Source of the DNA: an uncultured Acidobacteriota bacterium
GTDB taxonomy: Bacteria > Acidobacteriota > Thermoanaerobaculia > Multivoradales > UBA5704
Direction of reading: 5' to 3'
Assembly (NCBI GenBank): GCA_963770895.1
Contig: CAVYRF010000003.1
Span: 24,110-88,109 of the forward strand
DNA: 64,000 nucleotides
The position numbers were made by a program, and so were the translations under genes. Every line of letters starts with the position of its first letter. Within the stretch, counting starts at the first letter, position 1. Below the pieces are notes generated by a model, which saw only the letters and a list, made by a program, of their open reading frames with translations, did not search any database and was not told the origin of the DNA. Positions 41,028-49,775 of this stretch are shown in pieces.

Positions 41028-41846
41028 ATGTCGAGAGCGAGCGCCCGGCGTCGCTGCAGCGAAGCCGCATCCGTCTACCTGCTGCTGATGCTGTCGGTTT
41101 TGCTGGCGCCGCTGTCGCCGGCCGCCGCGGCCGGCGCGGCGCGGGCGCGCGCCGGCGCCTCTGGCAACGCGGGGAGCGGCGGGCCGCTGTCGGCGGCGGA
41201 GATGAGCCAGGCGGCGCAGCGGCTGGCGGATCTGGGCTATTGGGGCGGCGCGGTCGGCGGCCGCTGGGACGCCAGCTGGCGGCAGGCGCTGGTCGCCTTC
41301 CAGAAGATGGAGTGGCGCAAGCCCACCGGCGTGCTGACGCGCGCCGAATGGAACGCGATCCAGCAGGCGCAGACGCCGGTGCCGCGCGAATCGGGGCCGG
41401 CCCACATCGAGGTGGACCTGGCTCGCCAGGTGTTCTGCATGGTGGACGATGCCGGCGCCGCGTCGCACATCCTGCCGGTGTCCTCCGGATCGGGCCGGCC
41501 GTTCCGCGCTCCCGCCGGTTGGCAGGCGACGGCGGACACGCCGTGTGGCCACTTCACGGTGTTCTCGCGCAGCTCCGGCTGGCACAAGAGCCCGCTGGGC
41601 ATGATGTACAACCCGCTCTACCTGGTGGGCGGCATCGCCATCCACGGCAGCGAGGACGTGCCCGCCAAGCCGGTGAGCCACGGCTGCATCCGCATCCCGA
41701 TGTACGCCTCGCGGCTGCTGCCGCGGCTGGTGGCGCGTGAGATGCCGGTGCTGGTCTACGGCTGCAAGGACGAAGCGCCGGCGCCCGCCCCCGCCGTGAC
41801 GGCTCCCGGCGCCACCGCGGGCGCCGCGTCCGCGCCGCACCCCTGA
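41028..41846 (+). CDS. L,D-transpeptidase (YkuD) with peptidoglycan-binding domain
   Basis: AQRLADLGY...ALVAFQK...PTG; IEVDLARQ; GGIAIHG; SHGCIRI. Confidence 0.88.
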   Translation: MSRASARRRCSEAASVYLLLMLSVLLAPLSPAAAAGAARARAGASGNAGSGGPLSAAEMSQAAQRLADLGYWGGAVGGRWDASWRQALVAFQKMEWRKPTGVLTRAEWNAIQQAQTPVPRESGPAHIEVDLARQVFCMVDDAGAASHILPVSSGSGRPFRAPAGWQATADTPCGHFTVFSRSSGWHKSPLGMMYNPLYLVGGIAIHGSEDVPAKPVSHGCIRIPMYASRLLPRLVAREMPVLVYGCKDEAPAPAPAVTAPGATAGAASAPHP

Positions 41847-41876
41847 CGCATCCCTGACCGGCCGCCGTCGCCCACC

Positions 41877-43031
41877 ATGAGGATCGTCCACACCAGCGAC
41901 TGGCACGTCGGCCGGCGATGGAAGGGGCTGCAGCGCATGGACGAGCTGGAGGCGGTGCTCGAACAGCTGGCGTCCTACGTCGAGAAGGAATCGATCGACC
42001 TGGTGCTGCACACCGGGGACGTGTTCGAAAGCCGCAACCCGCCGGCGGACGCGGAGCAGCTGGTGAACCGGTTCCTGGTGCGCATGGGGCGGGCCGGGGC
42101 GCGGATGCTGATCATCGCCGGCAACCACGATGACGCGGCGCGGCTGGACGCGCGGTCGCTGCTCACCGAGCTGGTCAACGTCCAGATCGTCGGCCGCCCG
42201 CGCTCCGCCGCGCGCGGGGGGAGCCGGATCGTGGAGACGCGCGGCGGCGAAAAGGCGGTGGTGGCGATGCTGCCGTTCGCCTCCCCCGGCGTCTGGGTGT
42301 CGGCGCTGGACATCGCCGGCGAAGAGGAGAGCGCGCGGCGAAAATATGCGCACATGTTCGAGCTGGCCGTGCGCGACCTGTGCGGCGCCTTCCGGCGGGA
42401 CGCGGTCAACCTGCTGATGGCGCATACCCACCTGGAAGGGTCGCTGTTCGGCGAATCGGAGCGCCGCGTGCACATCGCCGAGGATTGGGCCGCCTCGCCG
42501 CAGGCGCTGCCGTCGGCCGCCAGCTACGTGGCGCTGGGCCACCTGCACAAGCCGCAGAAGGTCGACGTGCGGGTGCCCGCCTACTATGCAGGGTCGCTGA
42601 TCCAGCTGGATTTCGGCGAAGCCGGGGAGCAGAAGACGTTCAATGTCGTCACCGCGTCGCCCGGCAAGCGCGGCAAGGTGGAGCAGGTGCCTTACGAGGG
42701 AGGGCTGCCGCTGGTCGACCTGCGGGCCACGCTGGCCGAGCTCGAGACCAGCGCGGACCAGTACCGCAAGGGCTGGCTGCGCGTCACGGTGCCGCTGACG
42801 GCAAAGGATCCCGATCTCAACCGCAAGGTCCGCGAGCTGCTGCCCAACGCGCTGGTCGTGCGCGCCGAGCTGCCCGAGCCCGAAGAACCGTCCGAAAGCC
42901 CGCTGGAGAGCGGCCTGCCGCCGGTGGGGAACTACGCCGCCTACCACTACCGGGAGCACGCGCAGGCGGCGGAGCTGGCGGTCCTGGACACGTTTCAGGA
43001 CCTGTACGACCGGGCCTTCGAGGAGGACTGA
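41877..43031 (+). CDS. sbcD: Exonuclease SbcCD subunit D
   Basis: MRIVHTSDWHVG, TGDVF, IAGNHD, MAH, YVALGHLH, YAGS. Confidence 0.93.
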   Translation: MRIVHTSDWHVGRRWKGLQRMDELEAVLEQLASYVEKESIDLVLHTGDVFESRNPPADAEQLVNRFLVRMGRAGARMLIIAGNHDDAARLDARSLLTELVNVQIVGRPRSAARGGSRIVETRGGEKAVVAMLPFASPGVWVSALDIAGEEESARRKYAHMFELAVRDLCGAFRRDAVNLLMAHTHLEGSLFGESERRVHIAEDWAASPQALPSAASYVALGHLHKPQKVDVRVPAYYAGSLIQLDFGEAGEQKTFNVVTASPGKRGKVEQVPYEGGLPLVDLRATLAELETSADQYRKGWLRVTVPLTAKDPDLNRKVRELLPNALVVRAELPEPEEPSESPLESGLPPVGNYAAYHYREHAQAAELAVLDTFQDLYDRAFEED

Positions 43032-43034
43032 GCG

Positions 43035-46000
43035 TTGCGGCCCGTCCACCTCGCCGTCGAAGGCCTGGCCTGCTTCAGGGACAAGCAGGAGATCGACTTC
43101 CGCCTGCTGGAGCTGTTCGCCATTTCGGGGCCGACGGGGGCGGGCAAGTCGACGCTGCTCGACGCGATCATCTTTGCGCTGTACGGCGAGATCCCGCGGG
43201 TCAACCTGCAAAGCCGCACGGAGATGATCTCGGCGTCGCGGGACCGGGTCACCGTGGTGCTGGATTTCGACGCCGGCCCCGGCCGCTATCGCATCACGCG
43301 CACGCTGCGGCGCAACGGCGTGCAGATGGTGCGCCTGGAGGAGCGGGACGCGAGCGGGTCCTTTCAGAGCCTGGCGGACCAGGTGCGCACCGCGGCCGAG
43401 CGCGTGGTGCAGATCCTGGGGCTCGAAGCCGCCGCCTTCATGCAAGCCGTGGTGCTGCCGCAGGGCGAGTTCGCCCGCTTCCTCAAGGCGCAGCCGCGGG
43501 ACCGGCGCGGCATGCTGCGCACGTTGCTGCGGCTCGACGTCTACGAGCGGATGCGGGAGCGGGCGCAGCGGCTGTCGATCGCCAAGCGCGGCACCGTCGA
43601 ATCGCTGCGCAAGGTTTTGACGGACGAATACGCGGGAATCGAGGAGGCCGCCGTGGCCGCGCTCGAGGCGGAACACGCCCTGGTCCTGGTGTCGCTGGAG
43701 GCGTCGCGGGAGCGGCGGGACGATACTCAGATGGCGCTCGCCCGCGTGCAGGCCCTGCACGCCAGGACCCAGGAGCTGCGCCAGGTCGAGAAACGGCGCG
43801 CCGCCTTGCAGAAGCAGGCGGAACAGGTGCTGCAGGAGCAGGCGCGGCTGGACGCGGCGATCCGGGCGGCGCCGCTGCTGCCGTTGCTGAACGAAGCGGC
43901 GCGCGCCTTCGGCGCCGCCCGGACGGCGGCCCAGGCGGCGGAACAGGCGCAGGCCCGCAACGCCCTCGCGCAGCAGGACTGGCAGACCAAGGCCGGCGCG
44001 CTCCAGGCGGCGGAGAGCGCCGCCCGGACGATCAAGAAGCTGCGGACCCAGGTGGCGCGGTTGCACCAGGTGGTCGGGCGGCTGCCCGAGCGCCAGCAGC
44101 TGCTGGGAGCGATCGAGCGGCAGACGCAGGGTCTGGCGGACCTGGCCGGCGAACGGTCGGCGCTCCAGGCGACGGTCGCGGCGGCGCTGGCGGCGCAGGC
44201 GCAGCAGCAGGCGGCGGTCGACGCGGCGCGGCGTGCCGCCATGGCCTCCGGCTACGACCCGGAGCTGGACGAGCTGTTGCAGGGCGAGCGCGACCGCGCC
44301 GTCGAGCTGGGCTCCGGCCGCAGGATCGCGGCGGAGCGCACGGCGGAGCTGGCGGGCAAGCGCAAGGAGGCGGCGGCGCACGAAAAGGAGGTCGGCCTGC
44401 TGACCCGGCGGACCGAGTCGGCCAGGAGGAGCGCGGAGCAGGCGCGGCGCGCCCTCGATGGGGCCGAGGAGGCGCTGCAGCGCGCGCTCAGCCTGGACGC
44501 GGCGCATCGGCTGCGCGCGCAGCTCGCGCCCGGCGAGCCTTGTCCGGTGTGCGAGCAGGTGGTGGACACGCCGCCGGCGATCCATGCGGCGCCCGCGGTC
44601 GAGGCGGCCAGGGAGGCGTTGCAGGGCGTACGGGAGAAGTTTGCGGAGGCCGAGGCGCTGGCGCGGCAGGTCGAGGCGGCGCTGGCGGGGGACCAGGCGA
44701 AGCTGCTCGCCGCTCAGCAGGGCGTCGCCGAGCTGGCGGCGCGCTGCGCCCAACTCCAAGCTGGCGTCGCGGCCGGCGAAGCGGCGATCGTGCAGGCGCT
44801 TGGGGGGCGCGCTCCGCAAGGTGGCGGCGCGATCGAGGTCTGGATCGAAAAGCAGATCGCGGCGCTGCTCAAGAGCCGCAAGGCGAACGCCGAAGCGCAG
44901 GCGCAGCAGGCCGCGGCCGAACGGGCGCTGGAGACGGCCAGGGCCGCGGAGGCCGGGGCGCGGGAGCGGCTGGGCGAGAAGGAAACGTCGCTGCAACGCC
45001 TGGAGGAGGAGCGCGGCGCGAGCCAGGAGCGGCTGGCGGCGCTGCAGGCCGAGATCCGCGCCGTCACCAAGGCTGCCGACCCGGCTGCCGAGGCCGCGGC
45101 GCTGGAAGAGCAGATCCACCGGATCGAAGGCGGCCTGAAGGTCGCGTCCGACGAAGCGGCGAGCGCCCAGAACCGGCTGGCGGCAGCTACGGAGGCGCAA
45201 CGGCTGACCGCCGAAGCCGCCCTGGAGGCGCTGGAGGCCGCCCTGCGCCGGACGGAGAGCCGCGACGCGGAGATCGCGCGCGCCGGTTTTGAAGACGAAG
45301 CCGCGGTGCGCAAGACCCTGCTCGACCCGGCTATCGCCGACCGCATCCGGGAGCAGGTGCAGCGGCACCTCCAGGAAAGCCATGCCGTCGATGAGCGTCT
45401 GGCCGCGCTGGGCGCCGAGCTGGGGGACGAGCGGGTGTCCGACCAGCAGCTGGCGACGGCCGAAAGGGTCGCGGCGGACGTCACCGTCAAGGTGGAAGCC
45501 GCGCTCGGCCGGGCAAAGCAGCTCGAAGAGCAGGTCGCCCGCATGAAGGAGCGGCTGGAAAGGCTGCAGGGGCTGCGCGAGAAGCTCGGCGTCGAGGTGG
45601 CGGCGCTGCGCGTGCACGAGCTGCTGGCCGGCGACCTGCGCAGCGACCGGTTCCAGGCGTACCTGCTGCACGAGGTGTTCACCGAGCTGGTGCGGGGCGC
45701 CTCGGAGCGGCTGCTGCGGTTGACCGGCGAGCGCTACTCGCTGCGCTTCGCCGACGAGGAGATCCGCGTCGTCGACCACGACAACGCCGACGAGATGCGG
45801 ATCAGCGACACGCTCAGCGGCGGCGAAACGTTTCTCACCTCGCTGGCCCTGGCCCTGGAGCTCAGCGACCAGGTGCAGCGCGCCGTCGGCGCGGTGAACC
45901 TCGACAGCCTGTTCATCGACGAGGGCTTTGGCACGCTCGACCCCGACACCCTGGCGCTGGTTTCCGAAACCCTGCAGACCCTGCAGGTCGGCGGCCGGAT

Positions 46001-46124
46001 GGTCGGCGTCATCACCCACATCCCGGAGCTGCGCGACGAGTTCGCCCAGCAGGTGATGGTGATCAAGCACCAGGGCTTTTCGACCGTCGAGCTGCGCGGC
46101 CTGCCCGAGCGGCGCCAGTCCTAG
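43035..46124 (+). CDS. sbcC: Exonuclease SbcCD subunit C (SMC-like ATPase)
   Basis: GPTGAGKST, VVLPQGEF, CPVC zinc hook, LSGGETF, LFIDEGFGTLD, ITH. Confidence 0.94.
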   Translation: MRPVHLAVEGLACFRDKQEIDFRLLELFAISGPTGAGKSTLLDAIIFALYGEIPRVNLQSRTEMISASRDRVTVVLDFDAGPGRYRITRTLRRNGVQMVRLEERDASGSFQSLADQVRTAAERVVQILGLEAAAFMQAVVLPQGEFARFLKAQPRDRRGMLRTLLRLDVYERMRERAQRLSIAKRGTVESLRKVLTDEYAGIEEAAVAALEAEHALVLVSLEASRERRDDTQMALARVQALHARTQELRQVEKRRAALQKQAEQVLQEQARLDAAIRAAPLLPLLNEAARAFGAARTAAQAAEQAQARNALAQQDWQTKAGALQAAESAARTIKKLRTQVARLHQVVGRLPERQQLLGAIERQTQGLADLAGERSALQATVAAALAAQAQQQAAVDAARRAAMASGYDPELDELLQGERDRAVELGSGRRIAAERTAELAGKRKEAAAHEKEVGLLTRRTESARRSAEQARRALDGAEEALQRALSLDAAHRLRAQLAPGEPCPVCEQVVDTPPAIHAAPAVEAAREALQGVREKFAEAEALARQVEAALAGDQAKLLAAQQGVAELAARCAQLQAGVAAGEAAIVQALGGRAPQGGGAIEVWIEKQIAALLKSRKANAEAQAQQAAAERALETARAAEAGARERLGEKETSLQRLEEERGASQERLAALQAEIRAVTKAADPAAEAAALEEQIHRIEGGLKVASDEAASAQNRLAAATEAQRLTAEAALEALEAALRRTESRDAEIARAGFEDEAAVRKTLLDPAIADRIREQVQRHLQESHAVDERLAALGAELGDERVSDQQLATAERVAADVTVKVEAALGRAKQLEEQVARMKERLERLQGLREKLGVEVAALRVHELLAGDLRSDRFQAYLLHEVFTELVRGASERLLRLTGERYSLRFADEEIRVVDHDNADEMRISDTLSGGETFLTSLALALELSDQVQRAVGAVNLDSLFIDEGFGTLDPDTLALVSETLQTLQVGGRMVGVITHIPELRDEFAQQVMVIKHQGFSTVELRGLPERRQS

Positions 46125-46178
46125 AGGAGCCAGTCCGAGCGGCGCTGGTCCGAGCGGCGCCGGTCCGAGCGGCGCCGG
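46103..46178. repeat. Degenerate 15-bp tandem repeat across the sbcC stop
   Basis: (GT)CCGAGCGGCGCC(A/G) unit, about 5 copies, between convergent genes. Confidence 0.7.
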
Positions 46179-46189
46179 CGGGCGGGACG

Positions 46190-48097
46190 CTAGCCCCGGA
46201 GCGCGAGGGCCAGGATGGCGGGCAGCCGGGCGGGGGAGGGCGCGGCTTCGAAGCGGGCCAGGCGGGGCATCAGGCGGGCGGCGGTGCGGTGGCTGGCAAA
46301 CCAGGCGGGCTTGGGACGGGCGTGAAACGGGGCGCGCACCACGGTCTTTTCGACGCGCGAAAACATCAGCGTGTTGTGGACGACGCCGGTTCCCGACTGG
46401 ATGTCCTGCGCGGTGTGGCCGGGGAAGGCGCCCCACGGCGTGACGCCCAGCCCATAGCCGATGGCGGCCCAGTGGTTGAGCGAGATGGTGCCGTAGCGCA
46501 GCGCGGCGATGCCGCGTTCCACGGCGGCCGCCACGTCGGGGTCGGCCAGCGCGGCGGGGGAGACCAGGAGCGTGACGTTGAGCGTGCCCCAGAGCGAGTC
46601 GTTGGCGAAGGCGACGGCGCGCTCGACGAACTGCGGCACGCTGTCGGCGGCGAGCGCCGTGGCGGCGAACAGCCCGCAGAACGCTTCGGTGGTAAAGCAG
46701 ATGTCGCCGCGCGCCGCCGGATCGACGCCGGCGATCAGCGTCCACGGCAGCACCGGGGCGCCGGCGGCGGCGCCGCCTGGACGATCGTCGCCGGCGCCGT
46801 CGCTGGCGACGCCGGCAGCGCTGGCAACGCCGCCGGTCGGGGCCGCGGGTTGCTGGGCGCGGCCCAGGCGCTCGGCTTCGGGATGGGCGGCGACGAACGC
46901 GCGGTAGCGATCGGCGGCGCCCGGATAGTAGGCGCGCCGCTCCGGCAGGCGGGCCAGCTGGCCGCGCAGGGCGGCGAGCAGGCGGTCGCGATCGGGTGAG
47001 GCGGCGTGCTGGACGATGACGCGCGTCGCGTTGCAGTTGAAACCGGCGTTGTTGGTCAAGCTGCTGGCCAGGCTCTCGGCGTGGTAGGCGACGGCGGCGT
47101 CGCTCCAGCGTCCCGGCTGGCCGCCGCGCCGCGGCGGGTCGGGTATGACGATGACCGGGCTGACGTTGCCCAGCTCGGAGGAGATCGGCTTGCTGAGCCG
47201 CGGCGTGTTGCTCGCCTTGCGGGCGCGCCCCTGGTCGCCGGGGCCGAAGACGATCGCTTCGTAGGTCTTGTCCGAGCCGGTGATGTGGATCTCGTCGATG
47301 CCGGGGTGGGCGCACAGGTAGGCGCCTTCGTCGGCGCCCCCGTAGACCAGCCGGAAATAGCCTTCGGCGGCGAGCGCGCGGAAGCCCTCCGCGAGCAGCG
47401 GCCCCAGGTAGTCGTTGACCGGGTGAGCTTTGTACAGCACCACGCGGTTGTCGACGAACAGCTTGTACAGCGCGTCCAGCGGACCGATCGAAGAGACGTT
47501 GCCGGCGCCCAGCACGAGCGCCACGCCGCCGCCGTCGTCCGCGCGCCGGTAGGCGACCGCCTGGGTCGCGGCCAGGCCCTGTGGGCTGACGCCGGGCTGC
47601 ATCCACGCCTCGGCCGTGACGCCGCCGTAGAAGATCCGGTCGTAGACGTCCTGCGGGAAGATGCGCGCCGTCACCCGCCCGTCGGCGCGCTGGCGCACCG
47701 GCCCCGGAATCCGCGGCGTGCCCCCCGCCGCGATGTCCGCCAGCGAACCGGCCAGCAGCCGCAGGTTGCGCAGCACGAAGTAAGGCCCGGTGAGCATCGT
47801 TTCGCCGCTGTCGGGCAGCCCCGCGGCAGCGCTCCCCGCCGCCGCCCAGCGCTCCGCCACCGCCAGAAAATCGCCCCGCAACCGCTCCAGCAGGTCGCGC
47901 CGCGCCGCCGCCGAAACCCCCACCCAAGCCGCCTTGCGCGCCTGCAATTCAGCCACGGCCCCATCCATCGCCGCCCGCGGCGTCGGCGGCACGGCGCCCT
48001 GGGCATCGCCATGCACCGGCGTGCCGGACGCAGCGGTGGCTGCGCCGTCACCAGGCGGCGGTTGCGGCGTGGAACGGTCTGGCATGCCGTCTTCCAT
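46190..48097 (-). CDS. Aldehyde dehydrogenase family protein
   Basis: LVLGAGNV, IHITGS, SELGNVSP (catalytic Glu), NAGFNCNA (catalytic Cys), EAFCG. Confidence 0.85.
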   Translation of the reverse strand: MEDGMPDRSTPQPPPGDGAATAASGTPVHGDAQGAVPPTPRAAMDGAVAELQARKAAWVGVSAAARRDLLERLRGDFLAVAERWAAAGSAAAGLPDSGETMLTGPYFVLRNLRLLAGSLADIAAGGTPRIPGPVRQRADGRVTARIFPQDVYDRIFYGGVTAEAWMQPGVSPQGLAATQAVAYRRADDGGGVALVLGAGNVSSIGPLDALYKLFVDNRVVLYKAHPVNDYLGPLLAEGFRALAAEGYFRLVYGGADEGAYLCAHPGIDEIHITGSDKTYEAIVFGPGDQGRARKASNTPRLSKPISSELGNVSPVIVIPDPPRRGGQPGRWSDAAVAYHAESLASSLTNNAGFNCNATRVIVQHAASPDRDRLLAALRGQLARLPERRAYYPGAADRYRAFVAAHPEAERLGRAQQPAAPTGGVASAAGVASDGAGDDRPGGAAAGAPVLPWTLIAGVDPAARGDICFTTEAFCGLFAATALAADSVPQFVERAVAFANDSLWGTLNVTLLVSPAALADPDVAAAVERGIAALRYGTISLNHWAAIGYGLGVTPWGAFPGHTAQDIQSGTGVVHNTLMFSRVEKTVVRAPFHARPKPAWFASHRTAARLMPRLARFEAAPSPARLPAILALALRG

Positions 48098-48248
48098 AGC
48101 GGTTTCTATCCGAGGCAGGCGAACGTGCGATCACCATACCATGAGGGCCTTGCCCCAAAAGGACCAAGGATCGAAATGGAGCGGAAGGAAAGGTCAGGCA
48201 AGCCAGCCGGCCCCCTTCGCTGAGAGGACCGGCCGCCAAGCCGGGGGT

Positions 48249-48413
48249 TCAGCAGAGGCAGCTGCCGTGGCCGCAGAGCGTGCCGTCGCAGTTCGAGCAG
48301 GTCCCGACCGTGGTACAGCCGCCCACCTGGGAGATGCCGCCGGCGGCCTTGGAGATGAGGTCCGCCTCCAGGTTGCGCAGGGTTTCGCGATGCAGCCGTA
48401 GTCTTTTCTTCAT
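48249..48413 (-). CDS. Putative RiPP (class I lanthipeptide-like) precursor peptide, 54 aa
   Basis: MKKRLRLHRETLRNLEADLISKAAGG|ISQVGGCTTVGTCSNCDGTLCGHGSCLC*; purine-rich GGGAAGG upstream; too short for the ORF track. Confidence 0.8.
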   Translation of the reverse strand: MKKRLRLHRETLRNLEADLISKAAGGISQVGGCTTVGTCSNCDGTLCGHGSCLC

Positions 48414-48604
48414 GGTTCACGCCTTCCCGCCGCCTGACGCGGCATCGGCCTTCGTTTGCCCAGGTCAACCGCATGCCGACATCCTTCTGAGGGGACGCCA
48501 GCCCACCTTGCAACCCTTGTTTAGCGAGTGTAAGTGAACCGCGTGAAGCTGAACATAGCAAGGTGCGGTATGTCCGGGCCGAGGGTGGCGGCGGCAAGGA
48601 ATCG

Positions 48605-48627
48605 GGGTCAGGCGCCGGTGAGGGCGG
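48605..48627. repeat. 23-bp direct repeat of the ampG 3' end (other copy 49773-49795)
   Basis: GGGTCAGGCGCCGGTGAGGGCGG is identical at both sites. Confidence 0.85.
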
Positions 48628-48762
48628 GGAGTGGTCGGTTTGCATCCTCAAAGAGCAATGGAGTCATAAGGTTGTGGTTCGTTGACGGGCGATCGTATGG
48701 TAGCGAAAACAAAGCAGCGCCATCCGGATGAGAACCGTGCGGTGGGCGCAAGGAGGGCAATC

Positions 48763-49764
48763 ATGGGTTGGCGCCGTGGGCTTCGATCCTTCGAAGCCGC
48801 CGTTCACAGAGCGGAAAGAAACTCCCAACGTCGCGCAAGGCAACATCAGCAGCATGTGCGGGCCGTCGCGAAGGTCCAGGCACATGCGCGTGCTGTAGGC
48901 GCAGTGCAAGATTTCAATGCACGCATTGCTCATCTAACCTCCCTCCACAAATCGAGTGCTGCAGAAATCGATTGGAATGGGCGCGCACGAGCCGCGGCGC
49001 CAGTTGCTGCGGAGCGGTTGGACTCGCGAACCGATGCCGCGCGGCACAAATTGGAAAGCTATGCGCCTTGGCGTCTGGCGGTGCTTCTCGGGCTGGCGGC
49101 ACGGCGCCGGGCAAGACTGGAACAGGAGGTTGCGGCGGCGGAGAAAGCGGATGAACAGGCCTACGTCGAGTCGACTCAGCGTTTTGAGGCGGCGCTACAG
49201 GAGCACGGTGTGCAAAAGGCGATGGCTGAACGTCTGTTGCGAGGCGACGGTCAGGCCATGATTGAAGTTTTTCGCTCGCTGCAACCGTTTGCGGCAATTT
49301 CCGATCTGGCCGCGAAGTTCACCGTTTCCGCCACTGGCGGGCGCAACATGTCGGCGGATATCAAAGTTCTTGGGCAAGAGATCGTTCCGAGGCAGGCCGT
49401 TACCATGCTGAAGACTGGCAATGTCAGCGTGCGGGAAATGTCGAAGACTTCTTATCAGAACGTGTACCGCGATTATGTCTGTGGCCTGGTGTTGCGAGTT
49501 GCGAGGGAGCTGTTCGCGATCCTGCCGCTGGATTCCGTGCTGGTCACCGCGGTGGAGGCGCTGCTCAACAAACAGACCGGGAACCTTGAGGATCAAGCGA
49601 TCGTTTCGGTTTTTATCCCGCGCCAATCGTGGGTGAAGCTCAATCTGGCGGCAGTCGATCCGTTCGAATGTTTGAGAAATTTCACCCACACGGTCGACTT
49701 TCGCTCCAACGCAGGTTTCAGTCCGGTACAGCGGGTGAAGTTGCAGCTGCCGAGTGGGAAATAG
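48763..49764 (+). CDS. Hypothetical protein with an N-terminal coiled-coil-like region, in a lower-GC islet
   Basis: Long ORF with atypical codon usage; MGWRRGLRS...; YRDYVCGLVLRVARELFAILP...NKQTGN. The start could be 48697. Confidence 0.7.
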   Translation: MGWRRGLRSFEAAVHRAERNSQRRARQHQQHVRAVAKVQAHARAVGAVQDFNARIAHLTSLHKSSAAEIDWNGRARAAAPVAAERLDSRTDAARHKLESYAPWRLAVLLGLAARRRARLEQEVAAAEKADEQAYVESTQRFEAALQEHGVQKAMAERLLRGDGQAMIEVFRSLQPFAAISDLAAKFTVSATGGRNMSADIKVLGQEIVPRQAVTMLKTGNVSVREMSKTSYQNVYRDYVCGLVLRVARELFAILPLDSVLVTAVEALLNKQTGNLEDQAIVSVFIPRQSWVKLNLAAVDPFECLRNFTHTVDFRSNAGFSPVQRVKLQLPSGK

Positions 49765-49775
49765 GCGGCTCTGGG

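Noticed and set aside
46103-46178. Possible CRISPR array
   Set aside because: 15-bp tandem units without unique spacers, and no cas genes.
40989-47927. 2312-aa minus-strand ORF (also 31995-37301, 57105-60839, 32144-36931 and similar)
   Set aside because: Shadow or antisense frames of clear genes (sbcCD, ALDH, RecQ-UvrD, M28). They are Arg/Gly/Ala-rich, have no motifs and are expected at this GC content.
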